Source: Mytilus edulis | Taxonomy: Eukaryota | Assembly: GCF_963676685.1 (NCBI RefSeq) | Contig: NC_092347.1 | Span: 81,282,001 to 81,346,000, forward strand | Direction: 5' to 3' | Length of the DNA stretch: 64,000 nt | Shown here: in pieces, positions 51,420 to 64,000 of the stretch | Position numbering within the stretch: the first letter of the stretch is position 1 | Layout: every line of letters starts with the position of its first letter | Notes under the pieces: model-generated | The model's input: the letters and a program-made list of their open reading frames with translations, nothing else | Database searches by the model: none | Told to the model about the DNA's origin: nothing | Position numbers and translations under genes: made by a program

Positions 51420-53797
51420 GTAAGGAAATTATGCAGGGGCCTAGCTAGGTATTCAGTCAACTGTAGGCACCAATCGGCAGGGGGTCTGGGGGCCACTCAT
51501 GGCCCCCAGCAGGTCCAGGGCCTCTGCCAGGGGTTCAGGTGGGCGAAGCCCCCCGACAAAACAGTTTTCAGCGTTTTAGCTGCAAAATTTAATGTGCAAA
51601 AATATCAAATTTACTAGTTATTTAATCATGATAATTATAATATACAAGATGAAAAGTTCGAAGAATTATGAATTATGTACCATAACATCAGCCTGGGGAA
51701 TTAAATAACGCAGTACAATTTGAAATATAAAAAAAAAAATTTACAATATGCATTGCCCAGCGTACATCAGCCTATGGATTACCCCTTTAATTAAGCAGTA
51801 CACCCTGTTTGGTATTATCACATCTAATTCCGTTCTGATTGATATATACGTTTAACTTAATTAATAGTACATATTGACGATTCTTCATTAAAAAAATAGG
51901 CACGTAAACACTGATATCACTATACGGTATATATAATAAAACTATCCTTTTGGCTAAACATCAACCATCAATCTTTTGAATCTTAAACCTTCACCCTAGC
52001 CACACAAACACATACACACAAAGTTGATGCCTAACAGAATTCAAGAAATTCATATTTCTTTATACCCTCTACTGTAAAATCCCTACCTGCTAAGGAATTT
52101 GAATAATTGTGGGCTGGCCATTACACGCAGATCTGAGAGTACTCAAAATTACCGGAAGCCAGTTAATTGGTTGATTTTTAAATATCCAGTGTCAAATATC
52201 TATGCAAGTTCATGACAAAAAAACAAATTTACAATAAATACAACTTGGAGCTAGGACCTGTAATAGGTGTTGTCCAGGACGAAGGTCTGGAAATAAAAAA
52301 ATGCCATGCATTGGAAAATGAGGGATTATTGGATAGGAGCCGAAATTTTGCCTTTCAGTAGACCAACTACGAACTCCTCAAAGAGTTGCATTCTCTCTAC
52401 AACCATCGGATTTAATGTCCCCATTCTGACCAGACGTGATTGTGTACCTAAAGTACCTAACGGCAGCTATGCCGCTGTTATGCGAGACCTGATTGTAGAA
52501 TATAATAAATTCTCTCCAATGAGAGATGGAATAATTATACATTTATTCCCTTTTCCAAATGATTTATGTATAAAAACTTATATATTCATACGAATGGTGT
52601 TTGAATCAGAATAAGTTTCATTTGAAGTTTAATTCTTAAATACTTAAGTGAATGTTGAAAAAGAAGCCTCAACATGAATTCAGAAACTAAACAATTAAAG
52701 CACAAATATTTTTTTAAATAACAGATAAAAGGTATGGGCACACCCTTTTTTAAACCAGATAGTAAAACCCTTTTCAATTCTATTGTTTTCAGATAATTGT
52801 CATTTAGCCATGAATTCAATATTTTTGAAACAATCAGCATAAAAATCAGTCCACATAACACATGACTTATCGGAAATGTTTTCAATGAAATCAAAAGCAA
52901 TTTAGTCTTTTCTTTATGTATTTTTTACTAATAGATCAATAGTGTGTTTAATATATTGTTTTACAAGTGAATAAAGAATAAAAGTTTTATAATATTTTTT
53001 TATTGTTGGAAGTCACATGCATCTCAGAAGTATTGACTTGACAAGATAACATTATATAATTGTAATCGTTCTATTTTGAGAATGCTTTCATGATTAAAGT
53101 GAATAGAAAATTGGATTGGAGTATTTTTAAAGACTGAAGGTGTATTAAACCAATCTAATGATGCTAGATCCATATTCTTGAACCTACAGTTTTGTATCTT
53201 TTTTTAGAAGAACAACCAACCAAGGGATTACTGATTTCATATTTTTCAAAAGTTCTTTAAATATGATTATTTAAGATATCATTTATGAAAACAAATGCTT
53301 TTTTTTTTAATAAAACTTGTCAACCAAACAAAAGCCTGTAAATCAGTATTATATTTCACAATTGAAATAAATTTCGTGTACCATGGAGGAATAGTTTTTG
53401 TAAAAATTTCATTTCAGCTTTATTTTGTTTTAATTACAGACAATTTTCAATTTGTTTTGCTTCATTTTAAAGTTTGAATGAAGACATTATTGCTTTGCTG
53501 TCTTTACTTTTTCAAAGTAAGTAATTAAAGTATTTTTCAACAATAGGTTAGTATGTCCAATTATTTTCCCTGTTGAAATTTTTATTTCAGACTTTCTACA
53601 GTCAGTATTATAAGGTATATATAAGAAATATGTCATTTTTTTTGTGTTTTGAATTTTTGAAAAGAAAAGCCTTCCATAGAGTTGGGATTCTGAAATATTG
53701 TTTGAATTCCATTGGTTGCTGGATTATGTTGATTACTTGTAGTTGATGAATTTGAAAAACAATTATAAAAATTTAAGCATAAATTTTCCATTTTCAG

Positions 53798-54562
53798 TCT
53801 CACCTGTTTTCTCTTGGGATGACACTACTGTATGCAGCAGAATATAATGGGGAACCAGGTCGTCCAGAAATCACTGCAGAACTAAGACAATTATTTGGTT
53901 ACATGACATCAGAGAAACCAAGTGACCGACCTGATTTAGAATCTCTTATAAATCAATGTGAAGAGGAACTTGTTGGAAAATCATCAGCAGATATTTGTTG
54001 TAAGATTGGTTCATTTACGGCACATTTTTCTCCAGCACCTGATGGACATTCGTCAAGTTTAGCAGATGTAACTGCAGGTTTAGCAAACTATTTACAAAGC
54101 CAGTCAAAATTGTTACCCGATTCATCAGCGTTAAACATAACTGATCCACAGCAGCATTCTACACCTGCAGTGTCACCTGACATAGTGTCGTCTGCTAATG
54201 CAGAAGAAGACATGGCACTTCGTGGAAATTACACAGGGATACCAACGGCAACTGGAAACTTAAAACAGTCATCTCCTCATAACAGGAAAAATAAAAATAG
54301 AACTTTAAGTGGTGAAAATGAGAATGACAATATTGGATTTAAACCACCAATTCCAAGAAAGCCAGACCTTAAAAAACAGTTGGATAATGATTCAGGAGTG
54401 ATTGATATGGATTTATCAAATAATAATGATAATAATAATGAAAATATGTCCAAATTTAAACCTGTGCCTCAAAAACGGAAACATTCTGATTCTGTTCAAA
54501 CTAACAAAGAAAAGTCAGATTCTAATAAATCAGAAAAGACTAATAGGTCAAAGAAACGTCAG
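53798..54562 (+). CDS. KNDC1: KNDC1 coding exon 3 (end of KIND1 plus low-complexity linker)
   Basis: ttttcag| acceptor, 765 nt, CAG|GTAAGA donor. SHLFSLGMTLLYAAEY...MTSEKPSDRPDLESLINQCEEEL resembles the kinase C-lobe-like end of KIND. Confidence 0.92.
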
Positions 54563-56135
54563 GTAAGAGATTATGCTTATATTTAATGCTTTTATTGAAA
54601 TATTTTATGTGCTGGTATTTGGTAGTTTTTTCCCCCTCCCAAAAAAAGACACAAATTAAGGGGAAAAAGCACAAGTTCAGAAGAAAAATGTTTTTATTTA
54701 AATTTGAGCCCTAGTTTTCTACTTCCTTGCTGAAACAAATTTCATGAACTGTAACTGCTCTTGTAATTAAGATCTTGAATATAGATTTAGTATATTTAAT
54801 TTAATACATATATGTAGCTACTATTGCCAAATTGTAGAATGATGTCTGAAATTTTTTACTTAGCATGTTTATATATGAACATAATTTGAGTAAACATGAT
54901 AAAGATTCCAGGACTATGTATTTATTGAATAATTCCAGGACTATGTATTTATTGAATAATTCAAGGAGTTAATAAAACAAATAATACTGTTACTGAAAAT
55001 TGGCAATGGTCAGTTGTCTGATAATTTTTATTGCAAGTGGTCAGTTGTTTGATACAGTTCTGCCAGGTCTCTTTTTATGGAAGCAAATGAGATATTATAA
55101 TACTTAAAAAATTTACAAATCTTAAAAAAAAGTTAGGTCCAGCTATATCAATTTTGGAGCTTCCATTTTTACAGCCCAAATTCTATCACAAGTTGTATAA
55201 TAATGAATTCTGTGTATTTATGGAGTTTTGTGGAGATCAATTTTGTGGATTGGTAACAATTGTATTTGTGCGGACAATATATTTTCTGTAAAATGGGATA
55301 AACTGTTATGCTTAGGGGAAAGATTATTTTGCTTAGTAATTAGCTTGTTAAAAATGAAATTTAAGCAGGCACAATGTGTAGACATTTTAATTCATCAGTT
55401 TGTATGTCAATGTACTATACTACTTGGATTAATAGTTCTGTATACAGGTGAATAGCCTATACAGTGCTAAATCTGAGGGTTTAGATTTAATTTTAAAACA
55501 CCACTTTAAAGACACTTAAAGAAAGAAGTACCTCAGAAAAAATTCAAAATAACAACCTCTAAAGTACAAAACAAACTTATAATTTAAAAACAGACCATAA
55601 AACAACAAAAGCAAAATATTCTGCAGATGTCAAATTGAAAATTCACATATAATATTGCAATATCTAAATAACCCAAAGTTCTATTTTTATTTGGTCTTGT
55701 GGTAGTTTGGTAGCCTTGAGTACAGATGGTAATTGGTTTGATCCTCACATTGGGCAAACATAAGACTTCAAAATTAATTGTTCACAATATGAGAATGTGA
55801 AAGTTTGAACAAAGACTGGCCTACTTTGAGCCAAAATAATATGTTTGAGAACCTGCTGTTTGTGTCCTGTCATTTATATAAAAACAGGGTATACTCATAA
55901 TTCATTAAAATGTTGTTGACTTGAATAGGCATGTGATAATTGCCACTGGACATCACATAGCAATGAATCAATCAATCTTAGCACAGCTTAGTCATGACTC
56001 TACTAACTCTTTCAAACAAGAACTTTCATCCAATCTTTTTAGATCTTGCAGAAAATGTGTTTCTTTGAGTTATGAGTAATCTGCAACTTGAAATTTGAGG
56101 TCTTGGATTTAAATATATGTACAATTTAATTTTAG

Positions 56136-56250
56136 GGCTATACAATCACTGAGATCTTAGAGACAATAGATAGGAATATATCAGAAGAGGAGTTGTGGGC
56201 CATTTGTAAAGAAGGTGCTTACTCTCTACAGAGAAAAAAGAAACATCTAC
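56136..56250 (+). CDS. KNDC1: KNDC1 coding exon 4 (start of KIND2; GYTITEILETIDRNISEEELWAICKEGAYSLQRKKKHL)
   Basis: ttttag| acceptor and C|GTAAGT donor (phase 1). SEEELWAIC repeats the KIND1 motif. Not in the ORF track. Confidence 0.9.
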
Positions 56251-56299
56251 GTAAGTTTAAATAAAAAGCCTTAATTATTAAATGAGTTGCCAATATATA

Positions 56300-56480
56300 A
56301 ATAAGGAGATGTGGTAAGATTGCCAATAAGACAACTGAGCACTCGAGTCCAAATGATGTGGATGTAAGAAACTTAAGGTCACCACACTGCATTCAGCAAT
56401 GAAAAATGTAAAACAATTCATCTAGAAAGCCAACAGCCTGATTTATGACAAAACAGTAAAGGAAAAATAAATTTGACCCA
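56300..56480 (-). mobile_element. Family A short decayed copy
   Basis: GGAGATGTGGTAAGATTGCCAATAAGACAACT...GGTCACC...TGTAAAACAATTCA. Confidence 0.7.
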
Positions 56481-57107
56481 GAAAAAACCCAAAGGTTATG
56501 GATATATTTCTTGTAGTTTTGGTCATTTGTTATAAATAAGCAAACTTAACTGATCGCAACAAACATACAATATTATCAAAATGGCCTATTTTGACCAGGT
56601 GAGCTAGCCATTGAGGAGGAATGATCAAACACTACCAGTTCATGTTTCTACAGCTGAAAGTGGGTTTAAGTGATTATAAAGGGGTAAAGGGGGATGACTT
56701 GAATTTAGATAATATTTGTACAATTATTCTGTTGTTATTGCTAAATAAAAGTTAGATAAATAAAAAAAGTAAAGGACTTGTGAATTTGTTTATAAAATGA
56801 ACACATGGTTATCAACTTCCTAAACAAACAAGGAAATAAAGAACAAACAATCAAGTAAATATATTTATTCATTACAAAATATGCCACATAACATTTTATT
56901 AAGTCACTGCAAGCACTTGACAATCTGACTGTCTCCAGAAAAAATTCCAGATTAATTTTTTTTCACACTCGTCCTGAAAACAGAAAAAAATACATACATA
57001 AAGCGCAGAATAACACGCAGGGTCTAAGATAGAGAAAAAAACCATGCGACTTATTTAACGATTTTAATGGTATATGGATTATTGTATTTTTTTCTTTTCA
57101 ATTTCAG

Positions 57108-57244
57108 CTGCATACCTGTCTTTAGACACACTACTTGTTCGAGATAATGGGAGTATTTCCTTTAGAGCCATACCTGAGGATAAACCACTGGAGGTTATGT
57201 TTATGTCACCTGAATTACAACAGAAAGGAGAACTCTCTGAGAAG
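57108..57244 (+). CDS. KNDC1: KNDC1 coding exon 5 (KIND2; PAYLSLDTLLVRDNGSISF...FMSPELQQKGELSEK)
   Basis: tttcag| acceptor and AAG|GTATTA donor; phases compatible with both neighbours. Confidence 0.9.
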
Positions 57245-57898
57245 GTATTAAAATGAATTAATTATGTTGTTGGGAGTATTTACTTCCCAAAATCAAACCC
57301 ATTTTCACTTTTTTGGTTGAGTATGCAAAATTTATGTTATGAAACTGAGACCTTGTTTAAATCAGTGGATGTTATCAACATTTTAGTTTAGTCTGTGGTC
57401 AAAAGTTTTTTTTAGAAGTCAATGATTGTCAGACCTTCACGGAATTTTACAAAATTTGGACAAGCTTTATTGTGACCAAAAGACAGTATCAGGGTGAAAA
57501 TTCTTAAAACACTTGACTGACGATTGGACTCATACTTAACATTTAACACTTCACTCCTACGCTGACATCAGCAATTGCAAGCAAGACACAGGGGTATACA
57601 GAATCTTATCACCTGAAAAAAACTTAACATGTATTATAACACTAATTATAACAAAATTTCAAAGGGACTTGTGTTAAAAGGAAAATTTATATATTGACAG
57701 TAGAATATGACACTTTTGAAATGGGTGAGGGGATTTTTAGGTAAATTTATTTCAAGGCAAATTCATCCATGAAAATGTTTCATATTATCTCAAAGGTTTC
57801 TCTTCTTATCTTCTTTAATAAATTACTAGACATATGCATTTTTCAGAGGATTGCCATGAGTTATATATTTACATATTCTGATATTATCTATGTTTCAG

Positions 57899-58057
57899 GC
57901 TTGTTTATATGGACTTGGAACAACCTTGAGGTGTACAGGAGGTGCTAAACATTCATCCGTTAGCTCCCTTGGTATTTCATCAGAATTAAAGGAGTTACTA
58001 TCTCAGTTAGTTCATCCAGACATGACACAGAGGCCGAGTATAGAGGATACTTTAGAG
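57899..58057 (+). CDS. KNDC1: KNDC1 coding exon 6 (KIND2; ACLYGLGTTL...QRPSIEDTLE)
   Basis: tttcag| acceptor, 159 nt, GAG|GTATTG donor. Confidence 0.88.
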
Positions 58058-58408
58058 GTATTGATAATTTCATTCAGGGCACTACAATTAGAGGTTCAGT
58101 TTCTGTTAATGTGCTGAAATATGTCAAATGCATTTTGCCAATAGCTGAGATTTAGAATTTATACTATTCCATGTAAAACAGGTGATTTATATCATGGATT
58201 GAATCACCTTTTTGTTTTTTTAATTTTGACCCCAGATAATTCTGAATTATTATATTCAATCTTGTTTAATTTCACACCAAAAATTTACTAGAAATTCCAC
58301 ATTTTATATTCCCTATAAAGCAAATTATTTTAAACAAGTTAAAAGATATTGCTTTATTAATACCTTCAAATTTATTTTATCAAATAGACTACAGAAGTAT
58401 ATAGTATT

Positions 58409-59871
58409 CAGGGATCTCCATGGCCTGTTTAACGATGGCGCCCCGCCAAATGACTCGCGCCATCGTTAAATTGTCTTGCGCCATCGTTAAATTGTCTTCC
58501 GCCATCGTTCAAAACTTCATCGTTTTTTGTAGCCCGACGCCATTTTTTTTATCAATTATAATCAAATGCATGCAATTGCATAACCCTTAGGCATTTTATG
58601 TTATAATCCAATACAGTTCTAACGCCTGAGGGATATCCGGATTTAGATCGCTAATCACTTGTACCTGAGCTTGTACAAGTAGATCAACAAACCAGACAGG
58701 AGAATACTATCTGAGGATAGACGATCCATTTGTCGAATTAATCAACGAAGTTTCAGCAAATGATTATGATAATTTAGATTAAATAAATAAATTAATAATC
58801 CAGTTACAAAGAAAACAGTTTAACAAGTCGAACATGTGCTTTATTTTGACTTACGCAATCAGCATCCCCCTTTTTTAAGAAGTACAAAATAAGACGCAAA
58901 ACAGTAAATATTATTTCATCGCAAATAACTCGAGTACTGCTGTAATGATAATTTAGAATTACTTTAAAAGTTTAAAAGTAAAAACTTAATTATTTCCTGT
59001 AAAGAAATATCGTATCGTAATTCCGAATTCATTTCAATTCAATTCAATTCAAAGCTTTATTTATAGTCGGCATGTTACATAACAAATAAACATAAGCTCT
59101 CTGAGCTTTTATAACCGACAAATGCATACATTTACATAACAAACATACACAATACAAATATTAAAACATAAAAGACATAGAACATACATTTCATGCACAT
59201 TTAGGCTGCACTATTTAAATACTATATTCTATACATGCATAAGAATAAGCACTAAAAGCAAACATAAAAACTAAAGCACAGCATTCACAAATTATATTAC
59301 AATCAAATTGATACATCCGCGTTTCCGGTTTCTATTCAGACTCGAAAGATGCATGTTGCACAGCATCAATTTGCCAGATAAAGTAATTAAAAACCTTTTC
59401 ATTTGTCAACGTTTGCTTTACAAATCTCTTTAACCTTTTACATAACCCGTATGAATCGTTTTGTTGTTGCTGCAAATCAGCCATACCGGCAATGAGTTCT
59501 GAATTTGACAGTGTCCATGAAAAATAAGCTCCACATCATATGATTTTTAACCCCCATAACAATTACCAAAAATATAAGAAATCTACATGGGGACCTTCAT
59601 GACAGCTTTTGGTCATTCTCGACTAAGGGGGGACCATGAAGACTTGGCATTTGAATGGTTAAAAGCGGCAATAAATGAAAATATTGATACTTCTAATTCT
59701 ATAATGAAAATTCAAATAAATATAACTTAAATAAGCAATGAATTAGCATGTTCACCATTCCTTGTATGGAGGGATAAAATACTTCCGATCGCGCTACACT
59801 GTACAGCGTAGACACGGTTTGTAATGGTGAAAGTTCCTCCATCGTTCAATTTTCATCCATGGAGATCCCTG
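58409..59871. mobile_element. Non-autonomous DNA transposon (hAT-like termini) with a nested LINE-like tail
   Basis: Perfect 15-bp TIR CAGGGATCTCCATGG; subterminal CCATCGTT repeats; internal (CAATT)n plus TTTATT at about 59027-59062 is a minus-strand retroelement tail. No clean 8-bp TSD. Confidence 0.78.
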
Positions 59872-59951
59872 AGTATAATGCCAAATAATAAACAAGCCAT
59901 CCTGTATAAAAAACAAAAATCACATATAAATAATATATTTATTTGTTTTAG

Positions 59952-60035
59952 ATATGTGGCATCCATGATGGTAGAACAGGGGAATCTTCAGCATTGATAT
60001 TACAACAACTCTTCCAGGATGCACAACTTAGACTG
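59952..60035 (+). CDS. KNDC1: KNDC1 coding exon 7 (end of KIND2; ICGIHDGRTGESSALILQQLFQDAQLRL)
   Basis: ttttag| acceptor, 84 nt open frame, CTG|GTATGG donor. Supplies the Cys-containing final KIND helix. Not in the ORF track. Confidence 0.82.
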
Positions 60036-60514
60036 GTATGGTTTCCTTTGAAATTAGATACAATATCTAGCTGAAAATACATGTTTCTTAAGTTGATTTA
60101 AAACAGAGTTGGAAACATTAATAATATTTAAAAAACATTCTACATCCTGTATCAAAAAGTAAAACCTCTGAATGTATATAATGACAAAAATTGTCTGTGT
60201 AACATTTATTACAAAGGAGAAGTAACATGAATTGGCTTTGGGATTTTTGAGATGTCACAAAAGTGAAGTTACTTCATATGTTAAATTAATGACAAAATTG
60301 ATTTATTTAAGCATATTGATAATTATATATGTCAACAAGAAAAACTCATGTAAACAGTATCTTATTTCAAACCATGCTCTTTTGCTAGTTATCTCTTTGA
60401 TGGTGTTTAACTCAGTTTGATGAAGCAGACATTTGATGTAACTTTGCTGTGAAAGTATAATTATTACACTAACATACATTTCGTCTTACTTCTTACTTGT
60501 CTGTATACTTACAG

Positions 60515-62244
60515 ATTGAACAAGAAGAAAATTCTAACAAACATGATGAGACACAGGAAATTGACATGGGTTCAGCTTTCCGACCAATCAAAACTACTGT
60601 GGAGTCAGCTTTTGTTCCAAAGAAACCTGTCCCAGTTAAACCTGATGAACCTTCTAAGACCATACCAACGGCTTACAGATCAACAGCAACACATTTTAAA
60701 CCTATTGTTTTACATAGAACTGAAACTCCAGTAGACAAGAAAGAAGTCAGAAAGGAAAAAAGTCCTTCCAATGATTGTCAACCAAGTGAAAAGGACAAAG
60801 AGGTTGTGAAAAAATTAAAAGAATTGAAGAAGAATTTGATGAAACATAGACAACCGTCTGGTGGGAAAGAAGATGAAGCTGAGCCTGGGACACCACCTCG
60901 GTCACCAAAACCGAAATCTAAACAGTATCATAGTCCGAAAAAATCATCAACACAGAAATCGTCAAATGATGATAGTCATGAGGATAAATCAAATAAGAAA
61001 GACGGGATGGGAGCTTTAGAAAATTTATTGTCAGAAGTTCAGAAACGAGGCACACAAGTTGATACCGATACTTTGGCTTCTGCTATTGCTCAGCATTTAC
61101 AGAATTTTATGGGTAAATCCGAACAAAAACCTTCACAAATAGATACTGCAGACTGGGTTCAGAATCAGAATAATCAGTTTATGGCGCCACAAATGCCACC
61201 ACCACAGATGTGGCCAAATTTAAATATTCCCTCCCAATATCAACAACATGTTGTAGGACAAACTGTGACATTACCACAGTATGGAGGTGGAATGGTACCA
61301 GGTGGTTACCCAATGCAGGTGCAGTTACAACAGGATCCAAGAACAGGGTTTGTGCAGTTGGTACCTGTTGGAATGCCTGTGCCATTTCAACAACCAACAG
61401 TAAATGATTATGGATATTTATCAGATTCTGCAAAAAGTCAGAAAATGCATGGAAACTTTACTGTGTTAAATCAGTCTCCTCTAAATACTAGTGGTGATAT
61501 GGATAGTTCACCAAATGCTAGTAGGTCGGGGAGACCTGGCAGAGCAGCTAAAAATCTTTTACAAAAAACTGCTAACATGAGAGCTAAGAATACAGGAAGA
61601 GTGCATAGTGCTCGACATGTTGATCATTCAGCAGAAACTAGCAATCTATGGAGATCTAAATCTGCACATATGATAAATGATGAACATTTTCATTCAGATG
61701 GTGAAGCCATAAAAAGACATTCTAGTCATCTGTCAGCATTTGAGATCAAACCTGGATCTTATGATGATACTGTTCTTCACAGGGGCAATCATCAAAACAT
61801 TCAGTTTGACTCATTACAACGTTCTAGCAATCAACACATACCTCATAAACATTCAGGGGCAGATAATCAGGTGTCTATGCAGCCACCGATTTCTGAATCC
61901 CAGTCTTCGTCTCCATCTGCCTCTAAAGACAGTGGTATTAGTAGTGTAAATGGTGCTTATAAACCTCCTGCCGCAGGAAGTATGGTTGAACGATTATTGA
62001 ATAACGTCCATAGTTCTCAACAGGAGAAATTAGGACGTGTTATTCACTTGTTAAGGGAGGAGTTTGCATTTGATGGTTATATGGAAAATGGTGTGGAGGA
62101 TTTAGCCACTGCTGAATATATAGCTTCTTTAGGAAACCTTAAGTGGGAAACCTTTGCTAGTGCAATAACTGAGAAATACTGTGACATTTATTGGGCGCCA
62201 GATTTGTTGATGAGTCTGTATGATTCAGTCAATGCATCTAACAG
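60515..62244 (+). CDS. KNDC1: KNDC1 coding exon 8 (1730 nt, mostly disordered linker with two conserved blocks)
   Basis: ttacag| acceptor and AG|GTGAGG donor (phase 2). Contains ATHFKPIVL and REEFAFDGYMENG...AITEKYCDIYW, both of which I recall from vertebrate KNDC1. Confidence 0.92.
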
Positions 62245-62261
62245 GTGAGGTTGGTTGTAAG

Positions 62262-62577
62262 ATAAGATAAGATGTGGTATGATTGCCAATGATACAACTT
62301 TCCGTAAGCTACCACACACAAGCAAGCAACTATAGGTCACCATATAACCTTGAAAAATGAACAAAACCAATACAGATAGCAAGCTATAAAAGGCCCAAAA
62401 ATCGCAGATGTAAAACAATTCAAAAAAGAAAATTGACCTGATTTATGTACCAAAAAACAATAAACAGAAAACAAATATGATATACAGGAGCAATAACAAC
62501 CTCTGAATTACAAGCTCCTGACTTGGACCGGCACATACAGAGTCGGGCATAGTTGAACATGTTGGTTGAGACCCAAC
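62262..62577 (-). mobile_element. Family A copy in a KNDC1 intron (antisense)
   Basis: AGATGTGGTATGATTGCCAATGA ... GCTCCTGACTTGG ... CCCAAC, colinear with the other copies. Confidence 0.82.
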
Positions 62578-62827
62578 TTAAGATTTATTTATACATGTCA
62601 ACTTATTTGGGGTCACTTGGAATTTTGTCACATTTGAAAAAAAAGACGAAGAGTATTATGCATCTTCATGATCATACAAAATTAAGAGCATATTATACTT
62701 ACAAGTAAGAATATATGAAATTACTAGAGACAAATTCTCACAAAATACAAACTAGTTTGTAGTTAAACTTTTTTTGCACAACAAACAGTGAATTGTAAAT
62801 AAAATATTAAACCATATTAAAAAATTA

Positions 62828-63083
62828 GATAGATTTAAGTTAGATAAAAACAAAAAGATAGATTTAAGTTAAATAAAAACAAAAAGATAGATTTAAGTTA
62901 GATAAAAACAAAAAGATAGATTTAAGTTAAATAAAAACAAAAAGATAGATTTAAGTTAGATAAAAACAAAAAGATAGATTTAAGTTGGATAAAACAAAAA
63001 GATAGATTTAAGTTAGATAATAACAAAAAGATAGATTTAAGTTAGATAATAACAAAAAGATAGATTTAAGTTAGATAAAAACA
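62828..63083 (+). repeat. 29-bp minisatellite, about 9 copies (GATAGATTTAAGTTAGATAAAAACAAAAA)
   Basis: Direct tandem units in the intron before exon 9. Confidence 0.95.
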
Positions 63084-63205
63084 ATTTATGTTTTCCAATG
63101 AAATGCACTAGATTTAAACATTAAGGAAGTACATTTTGTACCAAGTAGTTGGTTGAAAAGGAAATATAGAAATAGAAATATATCATGAACTTTTCTCTTC
63201 AATAG

Positions 63206-63893
63206 ATCACCTCAGGTTCAGCCTACTGTCTTAGAACCGTCTGTACAGGTTCAAAACCAAAGAGATCTTCCTAGTCAAAGACCATTGTCACTTCATCAAC
63301 GATTACATCAGCCTGAAACATCAGATTCCACAGACAATGAAAATTACGAAAGGAGGCGTAGACCTCGTCGTAAACATCACCACGACAAATCGAAAAATTC
63401 ATCATTTAATAATGTGTCGGAACAAAATGTGCCAAATAATATTGACAGGCTTAGTGATGATACCTTAGTGTCGGATAATTCTAATGATAAACTTAGGGAA
63501 AGGGAGGTAACTCCAAACAGGGATGTGAGTAAGAATAATATCCCAATGGAAAATAATCCCTTACAAACATTAGGAAATAATTCGGATAGTCAACGGAGTT
63601 ATCGTTCACATGAGTCAACAGAGGAAAGCAACAAATCAGATAGTCAGACGGAAAAATCAGAACATGGAATTTATCGTAAAAATAAGAAAACTAATCAAAA
63701 TCGTGTGTTTTCTGCTGATAGTGGAATGTTAAGTAAGGGAAGTAATTTGACTCGTCATCTTTCTCAATTATCGTTAGTGGATAATGTACGAACGGAGATC
63801 CCACTTCATACAAGGAAATGTAATGTTGTATACCATTATGCCACTATGCAGTTAAATTTTTCACCAGATATGGAAAAATTCGTTCAGAGTATA
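63206..63893 (+). CDS. KNDC1: KNDC1 coding exon 9 (gene continues beyond the window; RasGEF domains expected downstream)
   Basis: ttttctcttcaatag| acceptor matches phase 2; open frame to the ATA|GTAAGT donor. Confidence 0.88.
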
Positions 63894-64000
63894 GTAAGTG
63901 TTTTATTTATGATCTATTTTATTCCCATTGTAAATGAAGCAGTAGTTGTTAAAGGATCACTATGTTTTATCTACTAAAGAGTGTAGGCATCCTCCTAAAC

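Noticed and set aside
52306-52614. 102-aa intronic ORF as an extra KNDC1 exon
   Set aside because: Exons 2 and 3 already join into a continuous KIND domain, and the ORF has no recognisable motif.

Overview
AT-rich, intron-containing animal genomic DNA. The repeat content suggests a bivalve mollusc, probably Mytilus; this is an inference from remembered repeat families, not a search result. Most ORFs in the supplied track are chance ORFs. The main host gene is a + strand KNDC1 (very-KIND) orthologue. Nine GT-AG coding exons (32267-63893) splice in frame into 1341 codons covering two KIND domains and a long linker, and the gene runs off the right edge. A probable last coding exon of an upstream gene lies at 6448-6564, and its stop-codon region has been amplified into a 31-bp minisatellite. 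The rest is transposon-derived: Helentron-type HINEs, MITEs, LINE and SINE fragments, and two CACTA-like ends 19.4 kb apart. The most striking signal is in the common dispersed repeats, which look like 3' ends of Penelope-like (Naiad-type) retroelements. Two diverged families share the same ordered RNA cassette: a type II SECIS element, a circularly permuted (P5-type) twister ribozyme and a conserved multi-branch 3' RNA motif, preceded in one copy by the C-terminus of an RT-like ORF. Compensatory base changes between the families support all three folds. All RNA folds were worked out by eye and need covariance-model and biochemical confirmation.
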